Shown here: piece by piece, positions 48,979 to 63,239 of the stretch
Layout: every line of letters starts with the position of its first letter
Position numbering within the stretch: position 1 is the stretch's first letter
Assembly (NCBI RefSeq): GCF_036588685.1
Contig: NC_086379.1
Location: forward strand, 7,192,001 to 7,256,000
Direction: 5' to 3'
From: Mytilus trossulus
Lineage: Eukaryota
Length of the DNA stretch: 64,000 nucleotides
Position numbers and translations under genes: made by a program
The notes under the pieces: model-generated
The model's database searches: none
What the model saw: only the letters and a program-made list of their open reading frames with translations
Told to the model about the DNA's origin: nothing

Positions 48979-51539
48979 ACATGCGTGGGCACTAAGCTAA
49001 AAGCAACATAAAAACTTAAGCACAGCAATCACAAATTAAAATTACTTAGCAAACAACCACAAAACACACAGCACTATAATTATGCTTCAAAGCGGCCTGT
49101 AACATTTAACACAAAATAAAATATAAGCACATGCATTCCAAGGACATGAGTTGCCATTCCATGAGTTGATTAGATTCTTGAATTAGGTAAAAGATGTTTC
49201 AATTCTAAGGTTGTTTGGCAACTCATTCTATAGTTTGCAGCACATATAATGACAAAGTAACACATAATAAACACTTTTGTTTTAGCCCTAATCTAAGAAT
49301 AAATTATACCTTAAATCGTCTAAGCTATTCACATTCTTACCTTACTTAGTTACATGTAGGTATGAAGGTAGACTGGCTGACCTCTTGCTTGATACCTACG
49401 CTCAAGGCCGATCAGATGTGACAAATATTTATCAGTCTAGCTACATTGTATGAAAGTCATCGTCACTCTAAACAGCTGTATCGATTTCCGTTCCGTTCTG
49501 CTTCAGTGCAGATCATCAATTAATACGCAGTCAGAAAACCTACCTGTGGTATCTATTTCCATCACATTTGTGTGAGTTTATCGTAAAAACATAATCAAGG
49601 TACTGAAGTTATGTAATAATTGTCAGATAAACATCCCGTTCTTTAGAAGATTAAAAAAAACAACATAATTAGTTTAAACATATTTTATTTACAAAAGTAG
49701 CAAAAGGGATTGGACACAAGTTATAACAACGTTAGAGACGTCCTCTCCCAATATAATATAACCAAAATATTGGAGCAAAACATTTTTTTAAGTGTTGAAA
49801 ACAAATTTTAATGTATATTTTTACATGACTGATGCATGATATGTTGGTCATGGGTGTAATATCATAAAAAGAGTGTTTTCCTGTAGGTAAAAATTGCGAT
49901 TTTCATTGTTTACTAGAAACAATCAGTGTTTTGTGTAATTGTTTAACAGTTAATATAATTAGAATTTAATGATGTATTGTATTGCTTTCAAGAGTTAATT
50001 AATACACTTTGCCTTAAAAAGGTATAGCTAGCTGGGTCTCTTAGTTAAAAGATTCAGGCTACAGTGATGTCAATTTTCTATGTTTACATTACAGCTGCAT
50101 TTAATATATTTTATATTAAAAAGAAGATGGGGTATGATTGCCAATGAGACAACTCTCCACAAGAGACCAAAATGAAACAACTTAATAACTATAGGTCACC
50201 GTACGACCTTCAACAATGAGCAAAACCCAAACTGCATAGTCAGCTATAAAAGCCCCAACATGACTAAGAACACAATTCAAACGAGAAAACTAACGGTCTT
50301 ATGTATGTATTTATACATGTTCATGGAGGACAATGGAGTAGCCAGGTGTGGGTTCAAGTCCCAACGTATCCTAGGTATATATGTTCATAGGCAGATGCAA
50401 AGTTGACAGTTAAGTCTATAAATATAGTGGGCCTGCGTCTACTCTTTTATTCTAAGGTCTCAAAATTCTGCTCGCTCTGGCTAAGTTCATAACGGTTTTC
50501 TTGTTTTAAAAATAGAGCAGCTCATTTTAAAGTTAGGAAACACTTTATATATAGTCAAAAGTTCTGTTTTTTTCTGGTCTCTCTACCGTTTTTTTGTCTA
50601 GGGTCCCCCTTGTGAGCTCCCACTTGAAAGCAACCAAGCTACAACTCCTCTTTTGGTGGAAAACGATTTAATGATTTTGTTAATTTTTTATATCTGTTGA
50701 AACTCAATATAAGAAAGGAGATGTTGTATGATTGTCAATGAGACAACTCTCCACAAGAGACCAAATAACACAGAGGACAGTAAACAACTATAGGTCATCG
50801 TACGGCCGCCAACAATGAGCAAAGCCGATACCGCATAGTCAGCAATAAAAGGCCCCGAACTGACAAATTATGCAAAACCATTCAGACGAGAAATAAATTA
50901 ACGACCTAATTTAGGTGCGAAAAATGAACGAAACACACATATGTAACATATAAACAAACGACAACCACTGAATTATTTCCTATTTAAACAATAGTATTCA
51001 ATGATCTAATTACAGAGTTGAATTGGTAACCTTTTAGAATGAGTGTATTCAAAGGATCGATAAGTTTACCAGGATCGTTTCTAAATTTCCGGGCATGGTA
51101 AACAATATTTCCATAAAAAAACCGATGTGCTATCCCGTTTGAAATAAGTTTCCTTAAGGTAGAGCCAAACTTCAAACTTCAAACCCAAATCTTAATATTT
51201 ATGGAAAAATTTAGTAAAGGTTTTAATTGATTATGTTAATTTAAATAAAAAGACGCCACAACAGACACGGGCATAGCGAACGAGTTGCAAAATATAAACC
51301 CTGTTAGATGGTGCCAAAGGAACTTTCCCATCCAAAAAGGGAAACATTACAACAGGAAACGAAAATCGTTCCTTTTGTCGTATATTGTAGTGTGGAGTTT
51401 AATGGCAATGTTTATTTGAAGCACTTTTTAATTCAAATTTAAGAACAAATTTCCCAAAACATCTTTAAACCTTCAAGCATGTTTTCTATTTTTTATATTT
51501 ATGCACCCCTTTATTTTTTAGTTTCTACACCTTACTATT

Positions 51540-51835
51540 CCTTATTCTCTTATCTATATATCTTAGACCCCTTTTATTCTCTTATCTATATATATCTTAG
51601 ACCCCTTTTATTTTCTTATCTATATATATCTTAGACCCCTTTTATTCTCTTATCTATATATATCTTAGACCCCTTTTATTCTCTTATCTATATATATCTT
51701 AGACCCCTTTTATTCTCTTATCTATATATCTTAGACCCCTTTTATTCTCTTATCTATATATATCTTAGACCCCTTTTATTCTCTAATCTATATATCTTAG
51801 TCTTATCTATATATCTTAGACCCCTTTTATTCTCT
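51540..51835. repeat. ~33-35-bp minisatellite (TTAGACCCCTTTTATTCTCTTATCTATATATATC)n
   Basis: About eight tandem copies. Confidence 0.95.
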
Positions 51836-52751
51836 TTTTCTTAATATTTTAAGCATCGTATTATCCTCTATTCTTTATTTTTCTCGGCCAATTAGTATCT
51901 GTTCTGTTATCACCAACCAGACTCTCGCCTATCTATGACGACCATTACTGTAACCTCCAGATACTTCGTTTTTTAGGTGTTGTTTTGCATTGTTGATATG
52001 AACGTCTCTAGGTCTAAACCAAATGAACCATATCTTATTGTCCCCAGACAAAGTTGACATGATAATATAGATTTGGCAATTATTTTTAAATCCATTTTGA
52101 TTTTATAGATCTTCACGTGTTCTGGTATTTGTACATACGTGGCTTTGATATTTGTTTGCTTTGAGTGTTTCTGATGAAGGCTGCTTCGGACATGAAACAT
52201 TTACAAAGTCTTATCTACATTGATTAAGCCATCATAAAAATAATATTTATAAAAGTATATGGGTTTAGCAATAAAATGAATCTAAATGGATGATGAGTTG
52301 TCTCATTGGCACTCCTGCCACATCTTCCTTTATCTATAAAATATGTTTTTATTAGAATTCTTTAATTGTTTAATACCTATAATATGATAATTCACCTAGT
52401 GGTATTAACTAGTGTTTGATTTGAAAAAAAAAATAAATAGAATCGAACTGTTGGTCTTTAAAAAACAACATAAAAATTACATTGGTTCAAATATTTAGTA
52501 ACAATTTAAATACACACAAAACATGTCTTCCACTATTCTTTTTAGCATGATCAGTAAATAAAAAAAGATATTCAGTATGTTTATTTGAGTTATTAATTCT
52601 TCTTTAATACTCTTGTAATGGCAAAACATCTTCTTCCTCCGTAATATGTACATAATGTTTAAGTTGCTGTAACTTTATCTTTAAGGAATCATCTGGAAGG
52701 ATTTTCAAAATCACAAAAGAATTTCCCAGACAGTCACTGAGCTCAAATGAC

Positions 52752-53100
52752 TTGCATATACACCAACCGCCACAACTCGGTTAATTCCGTACCATCATTT
52801 AGGAAGACGATTAGCGGATTCACCCGATGATGGCCGATTGACATATACACCATCCGTCACAACTCGGTTGATTCCGTACCTTCATTTAGGAAGAGTAACG
52901 GATTCACCCGAGGATGGCCGATTGACATATACACCATCCGTCACAACTCGGTCAATTCTGTACCTTCATTTAGGAAGAGTAACGGATTCACCCGAGGATG
53001 GCCGATTGACATATACACCATCCGTCACAACTCGGTCGATTCCGTACCTTCATTTAGGAAGACGAGTAGCGGATTCACCCGAGGATGGCCGATTGACATG
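52752..53100. repeat. Four GC-rich 84/87-bp hairpin-forming tandem repeats directly after the Rac stop codon
   Basis: Visible tandem units with nested complementary blocks. Confidence 0.9.
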
Positions 53101-53119
53101 TACACAATATACAACTTTA

Positions 53120-56100
53120 CTACAACACTTTACATCTTCGCTCTCTAGAATATTTCCGTTTAGGTGGTACAATTAACACCTTTATTACTTCGTCAAAAAC
53201 TGTTTTTACTCCGTGCATAGTTCGTGCTGAACACTCCAAGTATTTTACAGCTTTTATTTCATTGGCTAGTGCTTGTCCTTTTTCAACTGTAACTGTTTCA
53301 CTAATTTCTATTGATTTCTTTTTAGTTTTTATGGATATTTTTCTTAAGTCTGTTTTGGTAGCCACCAGTACGATTGGGACATCTGGACAATGATGTGAAA
53401 CTTCGGGATACCACTGAAAATAATACGAAATGAATTGTCAGTTTATTATTTTTGGTCATGGAACCATTATTCTAGATATTATACATTGAAAAGGGTCTAG
53501 ATGGGATTTATATAGTAAAAAACAATATGTGGAAGAAGAAAACAATATGTGAAAGAAGAAAACAATATGGAATTATGACCATTATAGTTTGACGGTATTT
53601 TATTTTGTTATTTTGATGGACTTCATTTCAGCTGTCACTTTCTGTAAATGTACTTCTCATGAATTTAAAAACACTTCGAAATAATGAAATTTTACGAATA
53701 TGATGCATATATATGATAGGTGAGATTTAGTTTTCAGTTCTCGTGAAACGGAAGAACGACCGATGTGGAAAATGGTAAGAAGGTGTCTGATGATATTTTT
53801 ATATTTTCGATTAAAATAAAGTGATACCAAGCGTATAATGTGTCTAATGTAACAGTCTTCATAAATTAAAATTAAAATCAATTTATTTGATTTAAAAAGA
53901 GATTATTTTGTTCACGCTTCGCTTAAAAGACGAAGCGTGCATAGCCAACTTTGCGTTAAAATATGATTGAAACATGGTTAACTCTTTACGATATCGTTAA
54001 CTTTACAAACTTACCTTTGACTTGATATTTTGAAAACTTGCTTTGCTGTCAACACTATAACATAACACGAAAACATCCTAAAAAAAGTAAGCCATTTTAT
54101 TTGCTATTAATTCAAGAAACTCTTTCGTGTTATATTTCAATTATCAAATTGTAATATTTCGATATTTTACTGAATTTTTCATTTAAATGCAATTTTTCAC
54201 CTTTTTCTTAAAAGTAATAATAATGACGTCGTACACTCTTTTCATAAAATGTTTAAACAAAGCCACGTACCGTCAAAGGGTATGACAAGGGACGTAACCT
54301 GTCATAATCTTCTTGTCCAGCTGTATCCCATAAACCCAACTGAACTGGTATCTGGTTAACCCAAACCGTCGTGGAATAGTTATCAAATCTTAAATGAAAG
54401 TTAGTGGTTCATTAATATGAATTTGTACCGACAGTAAAGAATATATGACATATGTTATTAATACTAATAGTTAAATATTTGAATTTGTAACAGGTAATTC
54501 GACACCATTTTGATAAAATCATGATACATATAAATCTCTATTTCCTCGATTTTGCGTGCACATGCAGAAAGTGAAAATCTTATTCAACATGTTCAGACCA
54601 TCCCTCGTTGTAGTAGAACTAGAGAGTAGAAGATGCTGTAATAGAATAGATGTAGCGAAAAAGTTAAGCTATATGCTCCAGTCTCTTTTATATGTTTTTC
54701 AATGGCATTGTCAAATGCACTGTAACTGAAAATCTAAGCAGTTTGAATCCTTTAAAAAAAGAAGCATAACGACTAAATGTCAATTCAAAATTGATGCCCA
54801 ATTTAATAGGTCCAGATATACCCAAAAGTAGAGTAATACGTTGTTCTTCATCTGACTATATTTCCAATCTTGTACGCCTAGTTTATATTCGTTCCGTTCC
54901 AGACTTCGCAAATTGCACACACAGATTGAGTTGGACATTGTGGAACGTATACAAAGCGGATGTGGAACGTATACAAAGTGGATGTGGAACGTATACAAAG
55001 CGGATGTGAACTTTTTACTGGAGATTGTATGTACAATCAACATGGCTCAAAAATAAATGTTGTTCTCTTTTGGAGAATAAAGGAAACCTGTGTGACTCTT
55101 GTAGCATTTTGCTTAACCGGAAATGAAGATGCTCCGCTGTCAATTGACTAATAAGGTACAAGCTAAATACTTACATAGTTGGTACATACGTCTCGGGGAA
55201 GGTATCAGTTGCATAGCAAGTCAACAGACAGGTTTTACCAACAGCCCTGTAACGAAAAAGGCAATGTTTTTACATTTTTTTTTTATCTTACTCTCTCTCT
55301 AGTAAAACTGATATGTAAATAGGCACTTTATCATGTTTATGTGTGCAATTCGATGAACACGATTTGATAATTTGCTTTGCATGCATTGTTGAAGGCCGTA
55401 CTTTAACCTATAATGGTTTAATTTTTAAATTGTTTTTTGGAAGGAGAGTTGTCTCATTGGCACTCACACCACATCTTCCTATATCTATTGTTACATATTG
55501 CCATAACAAAGTTTACACATTTGGATTAATGAAGCAATTGCAGTTGGAAATCTTCTCTTTTAACAGTTTATATTTGTAACTCAATCTAATTAAAAACCGA
55601 TCTCTCATCGCTCCCGTTTCTGATATGTCGCGTGGGAGATCTAACCAAACCCGCTTTGAGGTCACATGTGAGTGAACTAGAAGTTGCGAATTTATAATGA
55701 TATGCAAATGAGTTGACGACTTATTCATAAGCCAATCAAAAAAGTTTATGAATTTTTTTGACTGACGATTTCGTAGTAAATAAAATGAGTTACACCCCTT
55801 TACCCTTACGATAAACTTTCAAGATCGTGGAAGACTAAATTACATTGGTTGAAAAATACACACCTACGAGGTCATTCACATTTGATCTCAAAGCGAGTTT
55901 CGTTAGATCTCCCACGCGACATATCAGAAAACGGGAGCGATTAGAGATCGGTTTTTAAGTAGAATGTTTGTAACCCCTCCCCCCCCCCCCAAATTTTATA
56001 TTCCGAGATACCAATTGCTTTTATATAATTTTAAAGTCCCCAAATTTTATATTCTGAGAGACCAATTGCTTTTATATACACTTTTAAAAAGTCTTTAAGC

Positions 56101-56668
56101 CACTTTCTTTGCATTGAAAAACCAAATCCAAATAATGTTACGTAGCAAGTAAGTCAATCTTTGTCAAGAGGTTAAAGCATCTTGGGGTATTTGAATGATT
56201 TTGACATTTTGAGAACAACAAATTTAAGCACCAATCATTAGGTTTTTAAGAAAAGGGGGAGAGGCAATTTAGAAGTGTGCTAAATTTCTTCATGTTCTTG
56301 AAGAATGATAGACTTGTACAAAACAGATTAATTTTGATAATTGAACAGTTCACAGGTTTTCTTTATGTTAGTTATTATATTTCACAGACTTTTATGTTTT
56401 TGATAATTTTCTGTGAATCTGTTCTGTGCGTGCTTTGCCCGTGTGGACGATATTCCGTTGTGCACGTGTTTTAAATGATCTATAAATTAGGAACATCAAA
56501 TTAACGGAATAATATCCTACACACTTTAAGGTTTATATATACGTATTGATATCACTAATAATTTACTATTTAGTATCTTTTGAATGAAAAGTCTAGTTAA
56601 GACATTAAATAAATTTTATAAGTAACATACCCGTCTCCCACTACAACACACTTAATATTTTTGGCCAT
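53120..56668 (-). CDS. Rac/Cdc42-like Rho-family small GTPase, 194 aa (exons 56668-56631, 55246-55175, 54388-54271, 54077-54015, 53413-53120)
   Basis: [50 protein letters not shown], polybasic tail + CKVL CAAX; 585 nt in frame. Confidence 0.93.
54938..55012. repeat. 24-bp tandem repeat x3 in a Rac intron
   Basis: (TGTGGAACGTATACAAAGCGGA)-type units. Confidence 0.85.
55582..55966. mobile_element. MULE-type MITE with ~100-bp TIRs in Rac intron 1
   Basis: Long TIRs; 9-bp near-duplication TTTGTAACT / TTTGTAACC. Confidence 0.75.
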
Positions 56669-57463
56669 TCTTTAGATCTGTTTATTATGAGTATAAACAC
56701 AACGATTTGAATATTATATTTATAATATAATAATAAACTCTATATTTAGATATCTATGATTAAAACGATTTTAGTTGGACAGTATTTATACAACCGGAAC
56801 ATATCTTAAGTAAACATTAATTACAGATTTAAGGAGAAATGGAAATCACCTATACTAAAGTTAGATTATATTTCATAATTATTCAATCTTGGAACTACGA
56901 CGTTCTTTTAAAACAGAGTGAAAAGAAATTGTAATAAAGAAGGAAAGTCGAAACAGTTGGCAAACACTTGTTATTCAATGACTTTTTCAAACTATAGAAT
57001 GCAAGAATTTGAATACATAAACCAGACAAAACTCCACTTGGACCACTTTAAAAACAAATTATACGCAACAAGTTTGAAAAACAATTTGGACGACTTATTA
57101 CAATTACTTTATACTTTCATTGTATTTGTTTTGTCTTTACAAACTGGTATTTACATAAGTCATTATAAGTCCAAGATGTCTTTAAATGGGTCGCAGTTGT
57201 CTTTTATGGTTTATTAATTCATAATGCACTAAGAGAGGCTATCTCTTTTGCTATGAAGGATTTATACATACACAGCAACGTCAGCTCAATTGAGAAAATT
57301 AAATTCGAACCCTGGTGTAGAGAGAGTACAACGCTCTAAAAACATCAAACCACTCTAATAACTTTGTAAAACCGTAGCATTGTTTTTCTTGTGGCTTTTG
57401 TCATGTCGGGAACTTTATGAATTTATAACCAACACACAATCATTTTTCATTTGCTATTGTTAA

Positions 57464-58054
57464 GGTGGTATGGGTGTCTTTCGCCATCTTGGATTGTAAA
57501 AAACAGAGAATCTAAGGTCCATAGTTCTATCAAGTTAGCAAAATTTGATGCAGGAATACAGATATTTAATGTGAATTTTCATTTAAAAGAACCAATTCAT
57601 AAGAATATTACTTAGAAATATTAATATTTTTACAAGTGTAGATTAATTTTGGTTGTTTTTGAATATTTTCAAATTGGCAATTTAAGGGGAGGTAACTCTA
57701 AAACAGTGCATTTTCTGAAGGACTCTACATGACATTTTCCTATTTTGTCTTTTAGCCGGATAAAAAGTACGGTGACCCTACCTTTTCTTTTGATTTTCTC
57801 AAAGCATCGTCTGAAAGCAATCTTTTTCTAATTTATTTTACAATTCTATCATTTTGTTTAGTTTTTATTCACAAAATGTTGTTTTTTCCTGTATAATCTA
57901 TACAAAATTTGTCATTTTGTCACAACCTGTAGCTTGAGAAAATGCGCGGTGACCTATCATTTTCATAATATTTTTGAACATGTATCAATAGATACTAAAT
58001 TTTGACAAAGTATGAACAAATTCTATCATTTTTATTTTAGACTCCCATACCACC
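57464..58054. mobile_element. TTAA-flanked MITE (Kolobok-like termini)
   Basis: TTAA|GGTGGTATGGGTGTCT ... AGACTCCCATACCACC|TTAA. Confidence 0.8.
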
Positions 58055-58805
58055 TTAATTATCCAATTTTAGATGGTGACATTCCCTAGTCACTATGGTG
58101 TTTATATGTATATCTCAACGTGTACGATTCGCTCGTGTATGTAACAACGTATTTGATTTTAGCGAAATAAATCTATGTATTACATCAAAATTATAACACC
58201 AGAGTTTTCGATGTCACAAATTAGTCAAACCATTTACTGAATTTTATCATTGGTACAAGGACATTGTTCTTAAATATAAATCAACCTTCAGACACTTTAT
58301 ACGTTCAGGTATTTCACATCCTAATCTTTTATGCTATTCTTTTTCAGAATGCACAAACATGTTGAATTCACACCAAAAAGCTAACAAAACATTTCAACTT
58401 ACTCATTATAAAGAAGGAATATACACGAAGTGAAGATTCTGTTGTCATGTAACGAAAGATGTCATATTCTGGCTTTACTAATGATTCACTTAATATAGGG
58501 TCTTTGCATCATGATACTCATATGATGAAGACATAATCTATCAATCAGTAGTAATTAAGGTCTGGAGCTAGCATGTCAGTAACTGCTAGTAGTCCTTTGT
58601 TAATTTATGTATCATTGTCATTTTGTTTACCTATTCTGACCTCGGACTCGGACTTCTTCTAAATTGAGTTACTGTGCCTTTTGCTGTTTTTTTCTTTCTT
58701 TCTACATTTGCTAGAGGTATAATGGGAGGGTTGAGATCTAAAAAAAAACATGTTTGACTCCGCCGCATGTTTGAGCCTGTCCCAAGTCAGGATCGTTTGA
58801 CCTTT

Positions 58806-60075
58806 GTTAGCTCACCTTGCCCGAGTGGAATGATACCAAACATGACATGATGGTTGCTTATGTCCTGTTACTTGGCAGTCGATCCATCATGCAAGATGGC
58901 CGCCAACAGGGGACTTAGTTTAACAAACGACCCTATGGGAAATACATACAAATGTCTTCTTTAAGAAGATAGTAGAATGAAACACAACATGGCATGGATG
59001 TTCGTTATGAGGTGCTGATCAATCATCAAAGATGGCTGACAGTGGGGACTTGATTTAACACAAGACCCTATGGAAAATACATACAAATATAAAAAAGAAG
59101 ATGTGGTGTGATTGCCAATGAGACAACTATCCACAAAAGACCAAAATGACACAAACATTAACAACTATAGGTCACCGTACGGCCTTCAACATTGAGCAAA
59201 GCCCGTACCGTATTGTCAGCTATAAAAGGTCCCGATTAGACAATGTAAAACAATTCAAACGAGAAAACTAACGGCCTTATTTATGTAAAAAAAAATGAAC
59301 GAAAAACAAATATTTCAAACATAAACAAACGACAACCACTGAATTACAGGATCCTGACTTGGGACAGGCACATGCATAAATAATGTGGCGGGGTTAAACA
59401 TGTAAGCGGGATCCCAACCCTCACCTAACCTGGGACAGTGGTACAACAGTACAACATAAGAACGACCTATAAAAATCAATTGAAACATGTCTTCTTTAAG
59501 AGAACTACTGAGGGAAATGATATCAAACATGGCATGAATGTTCCTTATAATGTGCTGACCAAGTTTTGGTACTTTGCAGTCGACCAAGCATCAAAGAGGA
59601 CCGACAGCGAGGTACTAGTAGTGTTTAAAAAAAAACCAATGGAAAAAACATACAAATGTTTTCTTTTAAACTCTGAATCCATTGAAAATACATACAAATG
59701 TTTTCTTTAAGAGAACCACTGAGTGAAATGATACCAAACATGGTATGAATGTTCCTTATCGGTCGCTGACCTAGTGCTGTTACTTTGCAGTCGATTCCTC
59801 ATCTAAGATGTCTGCCCGCAGAGGACTCAATTTGACATAGGACCATAAGGGAAATATATACAAATGTCTTCTTTTAGAGAACCGATGAATTGAATGGAAC
59901 CAAACAAGGCATGAATGCTTCTTATGAGGTGTTGACCAAGTGTTTGTACTTTGCAGTCGATCCATCATCGAAGATTTTCGCCAGAAGGGGACTTAGTTAA
60001 AGATAGGACCTTAATATGGAAAATACATACAAATGTCTTCTTTAAGAAAACCACTGCATGGAATAATCTTCTGTT
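58806..60075. mobile_element. Same ~160-bp repeat family in the opposite orientation, interrupted by a dispersed repeat at ~59090-59485
   Basis: TTAGCTCACC start; units are reverse complements of 46200-46880. Confidence 0.6.
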
Positions 60076-60928
60076 CAAGATGGCCTCCAGGATATTTTGT
60101 TAAACTAAGGGAAGTAAAATATAAATGCAAGGGTACACAGAATCGAATCAACCCTTTAAAACAGCATGATTTATTTGCCTTGTTAAAAAACCTCAATTAC
60201 GATTGTCCGTTATTAATTTTTCTGATGACAAATAACCGACCCTTTATTATCGTTGTTCGACAAAATAAAGTCCACATGTACAGAGTATTACTTATGAATG
60301 CTATTCATGAAACATCTTACAGATTATTTTCTTCATGTTTTATGCATCAAATATCACGAACGGAATAAAAGATACTGTACAAAACTTGAATCATGAATTT
60401 GTAGTAGTGCTCATAAAGTGCAGTTGGTAAAGGTTAAGAGTGAGGTTAAGAGTGAGTATATCTGAATCGGTCAAATTAAATTAGTGAACCCCTTATATTT
60501 TGTGTTAGAGCTGACGTATTTTCTATCATTTATATATAATTCAGCGCAAAAGTTGTATAAACAACAGTACAAATCTTATTGGGAAACTATATTTCTACGA
60601 TTGTTAACTATAATCAAACAATTCTATTGAAACTGCATAACGTATTCAATAGACTTACAAATTCATAAAATCTATTAATCCGGGACCATAATTACGCCCT
60701 TAATTGGGCGATGCGACATTTACCTAGAGTTCACTGTTGTCTTTTGACACACCAATCGATTAATGACAGATTAATGATAAACTAGATCAAACATGTTAAA
60801 AGAAGAAGCAGCCATTGAAATATATTTGTACAATTTTGTTTTGTTGTTTTCTTTAATCAAGTGTAAACGTCCAAAGGAATTTGTAAAACTGTATACAAAT
60901 AAAACATATCATATTAGTAAACACAACT

Positions 60929-62569
60929 TCACAATAAAATGCATGATCTTCGTTTTGGTTTGTGATAAGATGGAAATAGCACAGCTTTTGCAGCCTCTTC
61001 AAAAACAGACTGAAGCCCTTCTTGAGTCTTTGCAGAACATTCTAAATATCTGACAGCATCTATTCGTTTTGCTAAAGATTGTCCCTCACTGAATGATACT
61101 GGACGAGTGTTTTTCTCAATATGTGACGAATTTCCTGGTTCTTGTCGAATGTCAAGTTTTGTACCAACTAACACTATAGGTGTTCTTGAGCAGTGGTGTC
61201 TGACTTCAGGAATCCACTGCAATAATAAAAGTTGGAACATCAATATACTATTAACGAACGATGTTACACATATGTTTGGCTGCAATATGAAATAATCTTT
61301 TTTTTTTAACCCTGAGGAAATTTTGTTCACTTTGAATTCTTAGTCATTTGTTTTAATCAATGCAATTTGATTCAACGGATATGTGATCAGCTATCTAAAA
61401 CAATTAGGCAACATCCACCGTTTTTTACATAAGAAAATATCTATACGAATTCAGCAATATGACAACTGTTATCCCTTGATGAGTTTGAGCATTTGATTTT
61501 GCCGTTTGATTATGGACTTTTTGTTTTGAATTTTCCTCGGAGCTCAGTATTGTTCTTATTTTACTTATGATCTCTGTCGTAAAGATTAACTGAAATCAGT
61601 GTCTTGTTTATGATATGCTGACAGAAGAACTAAACAAACTAACAATGATCAGAACTCACCTTACCTCCGCTTAGCTTCAAATACTTACTTGGTGAAGTAT
61701 GTTATCAAAACTAGATCTATAAACCAATGAAAAACAAGCAAGAAATACATCCTAAAAATAAGATAATAGTAATATTAGATATATTTTTACACTGTTCTAA
61801 ATATGAGCTCTTTATGAACATAAAATTCATTTGCATGTCATCTCTAAGCTCCGCTGGATTATGTATTTTAGTTAATGTGTGCATGATATATGAAGCATGA
61901 GAAGAATCCCCAATTAACTTTAGTTGTCGTCCAATTTAAACGCCATATCCATTATGTTTTTGCGTATTGTATTCTACACAATGTTTATTACTTATCAATT
62001 TATGGAGTGCCATCACTTATTATCTTCTTATACGTGTTTTGTGTGCGGATTCCCATTTTTAATGAACTCTTAATGAATTGAATAAGATTTCTGCCAAATT
62101 CAGTTGTTGGGAGATGAAAACATCTTTATAGTTTTTTTTAAATATCAGCGAGAAAAGATATCAAAAATATAAACAAACAAAAAAAATCTTGTTCTATATG
62201 CTGTCCAAAATATCTGTTTTCAATTAAAGTTTAAAAAGACTCTTTGTCTCTCCGTGATTTTTCTTTTTGATAATTAATGTTTTTAAACCATGGTTTTGGA
62301 TTGCCATTTATCCTCTTTTTGATATTGAATTAAAAGTCGCAGATAACGATAAGAATAAACGCATATTATACTACCACTTTTGATGTTTATTTTCCTTTCC
62401 ACTTGTTCTTTGTCATATGAACAAACCATCTATACAGACACGGACACTTACCGTTTGTGGATATGATAATGGACGGATTCGGACGTAATCTTCTTGACCA
62501 GCTGTATCCCATAATCCCATTTCCACGGGAATGTCATTTACCATTACAGTTGCTTTATAATTATCATAT
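60929..62569 (-). CDS. Second Rac-like GTPase, 5'-partial (exons 62569-62452, 61751-61689, 61216-60929; first exons at or beyond the window end)
   Basis: [48 protein letters not shown]. Exon sizes (118, 63) match the neighbouring gene. Confidence 0.92.
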
Positions 62570-62744
62570 CTACAAATATTCCAATTAAACTATCATAACC
62601 AAAATTTATATCATGATAGTAAGAATTGAGGTCGAATATTTGTTATTTATATACTTGGAACACAAAATAAAAGAAGGGTAACATGAATTACAAAAGTATA
62701 AGATAGAACAATAGTTATCAAAGGTACCAGGATTATAATTAAGT

Positions 62745-62788
62745 ACGCCAGACGCGCGTTTCGTCTACATAAGACTCATCAGTGACGC
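62745..62788 (-). ncRNA. Minimal type I hammerhead ribozyme (intact core), intronic
   Basis: Reverse complement of the 26723 motif. Confidence 0.85.
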
Positions 62789-63239
62789 TCATATCAAAAT
62801 ATTTATAAAGCCAAACAAGTACACAATTGAAGAGTTATAGAACAACACCTAAGCATTACCCCGACATCCGACTTCTGGCCCACAAACATGTTTAATCCCA
62901 CCACAGTCTGAATGTGCCTGATTGAGCCAGGGTTCTGTAGTTTAGTGGTGGTCTCATGTGACGTTTATCAAAATTGTGTTGCATTATATGTTTTTAAATA
63001 AGATCTTGCCGTTAGTTTCCTCGCTCGAATGTTTGTTACCAATTGTCTTCACTACAATCCTGATCCTTTTTTCTCAAATTTGACTTATCGAATAAAACTT
63101 TTCACCGGGGTTTGAGCTTACACGAGCAAATCGACTGGTGCCATATATGGAGCAGGACATTCTTACCCTTCCGGAACACATGAAATCACCACCAGTTCTT
63201 AGTGGGGTTCGTGTTGCACAGTCTTTAGTCTGGTATGAC

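Noticed and set aside
52165-52200. CTGATGA...GAAAC hammerhead-like string
   Set aside because: No convincing stems I-III.
52752-53100. SECIS or CRISPR-like interpretation of the hairpin array
   Set aside because: The UGA-to-AAA spacing and tandem G-A quartet do not fit a SECIS. There are no unique spacers and no cas genes.
52838-53176. 112-aa repetitive plus-strand ORF
   Set aside because: By-product of an 84-bp repeat; non-ATG start and antisense to the Rac gene.
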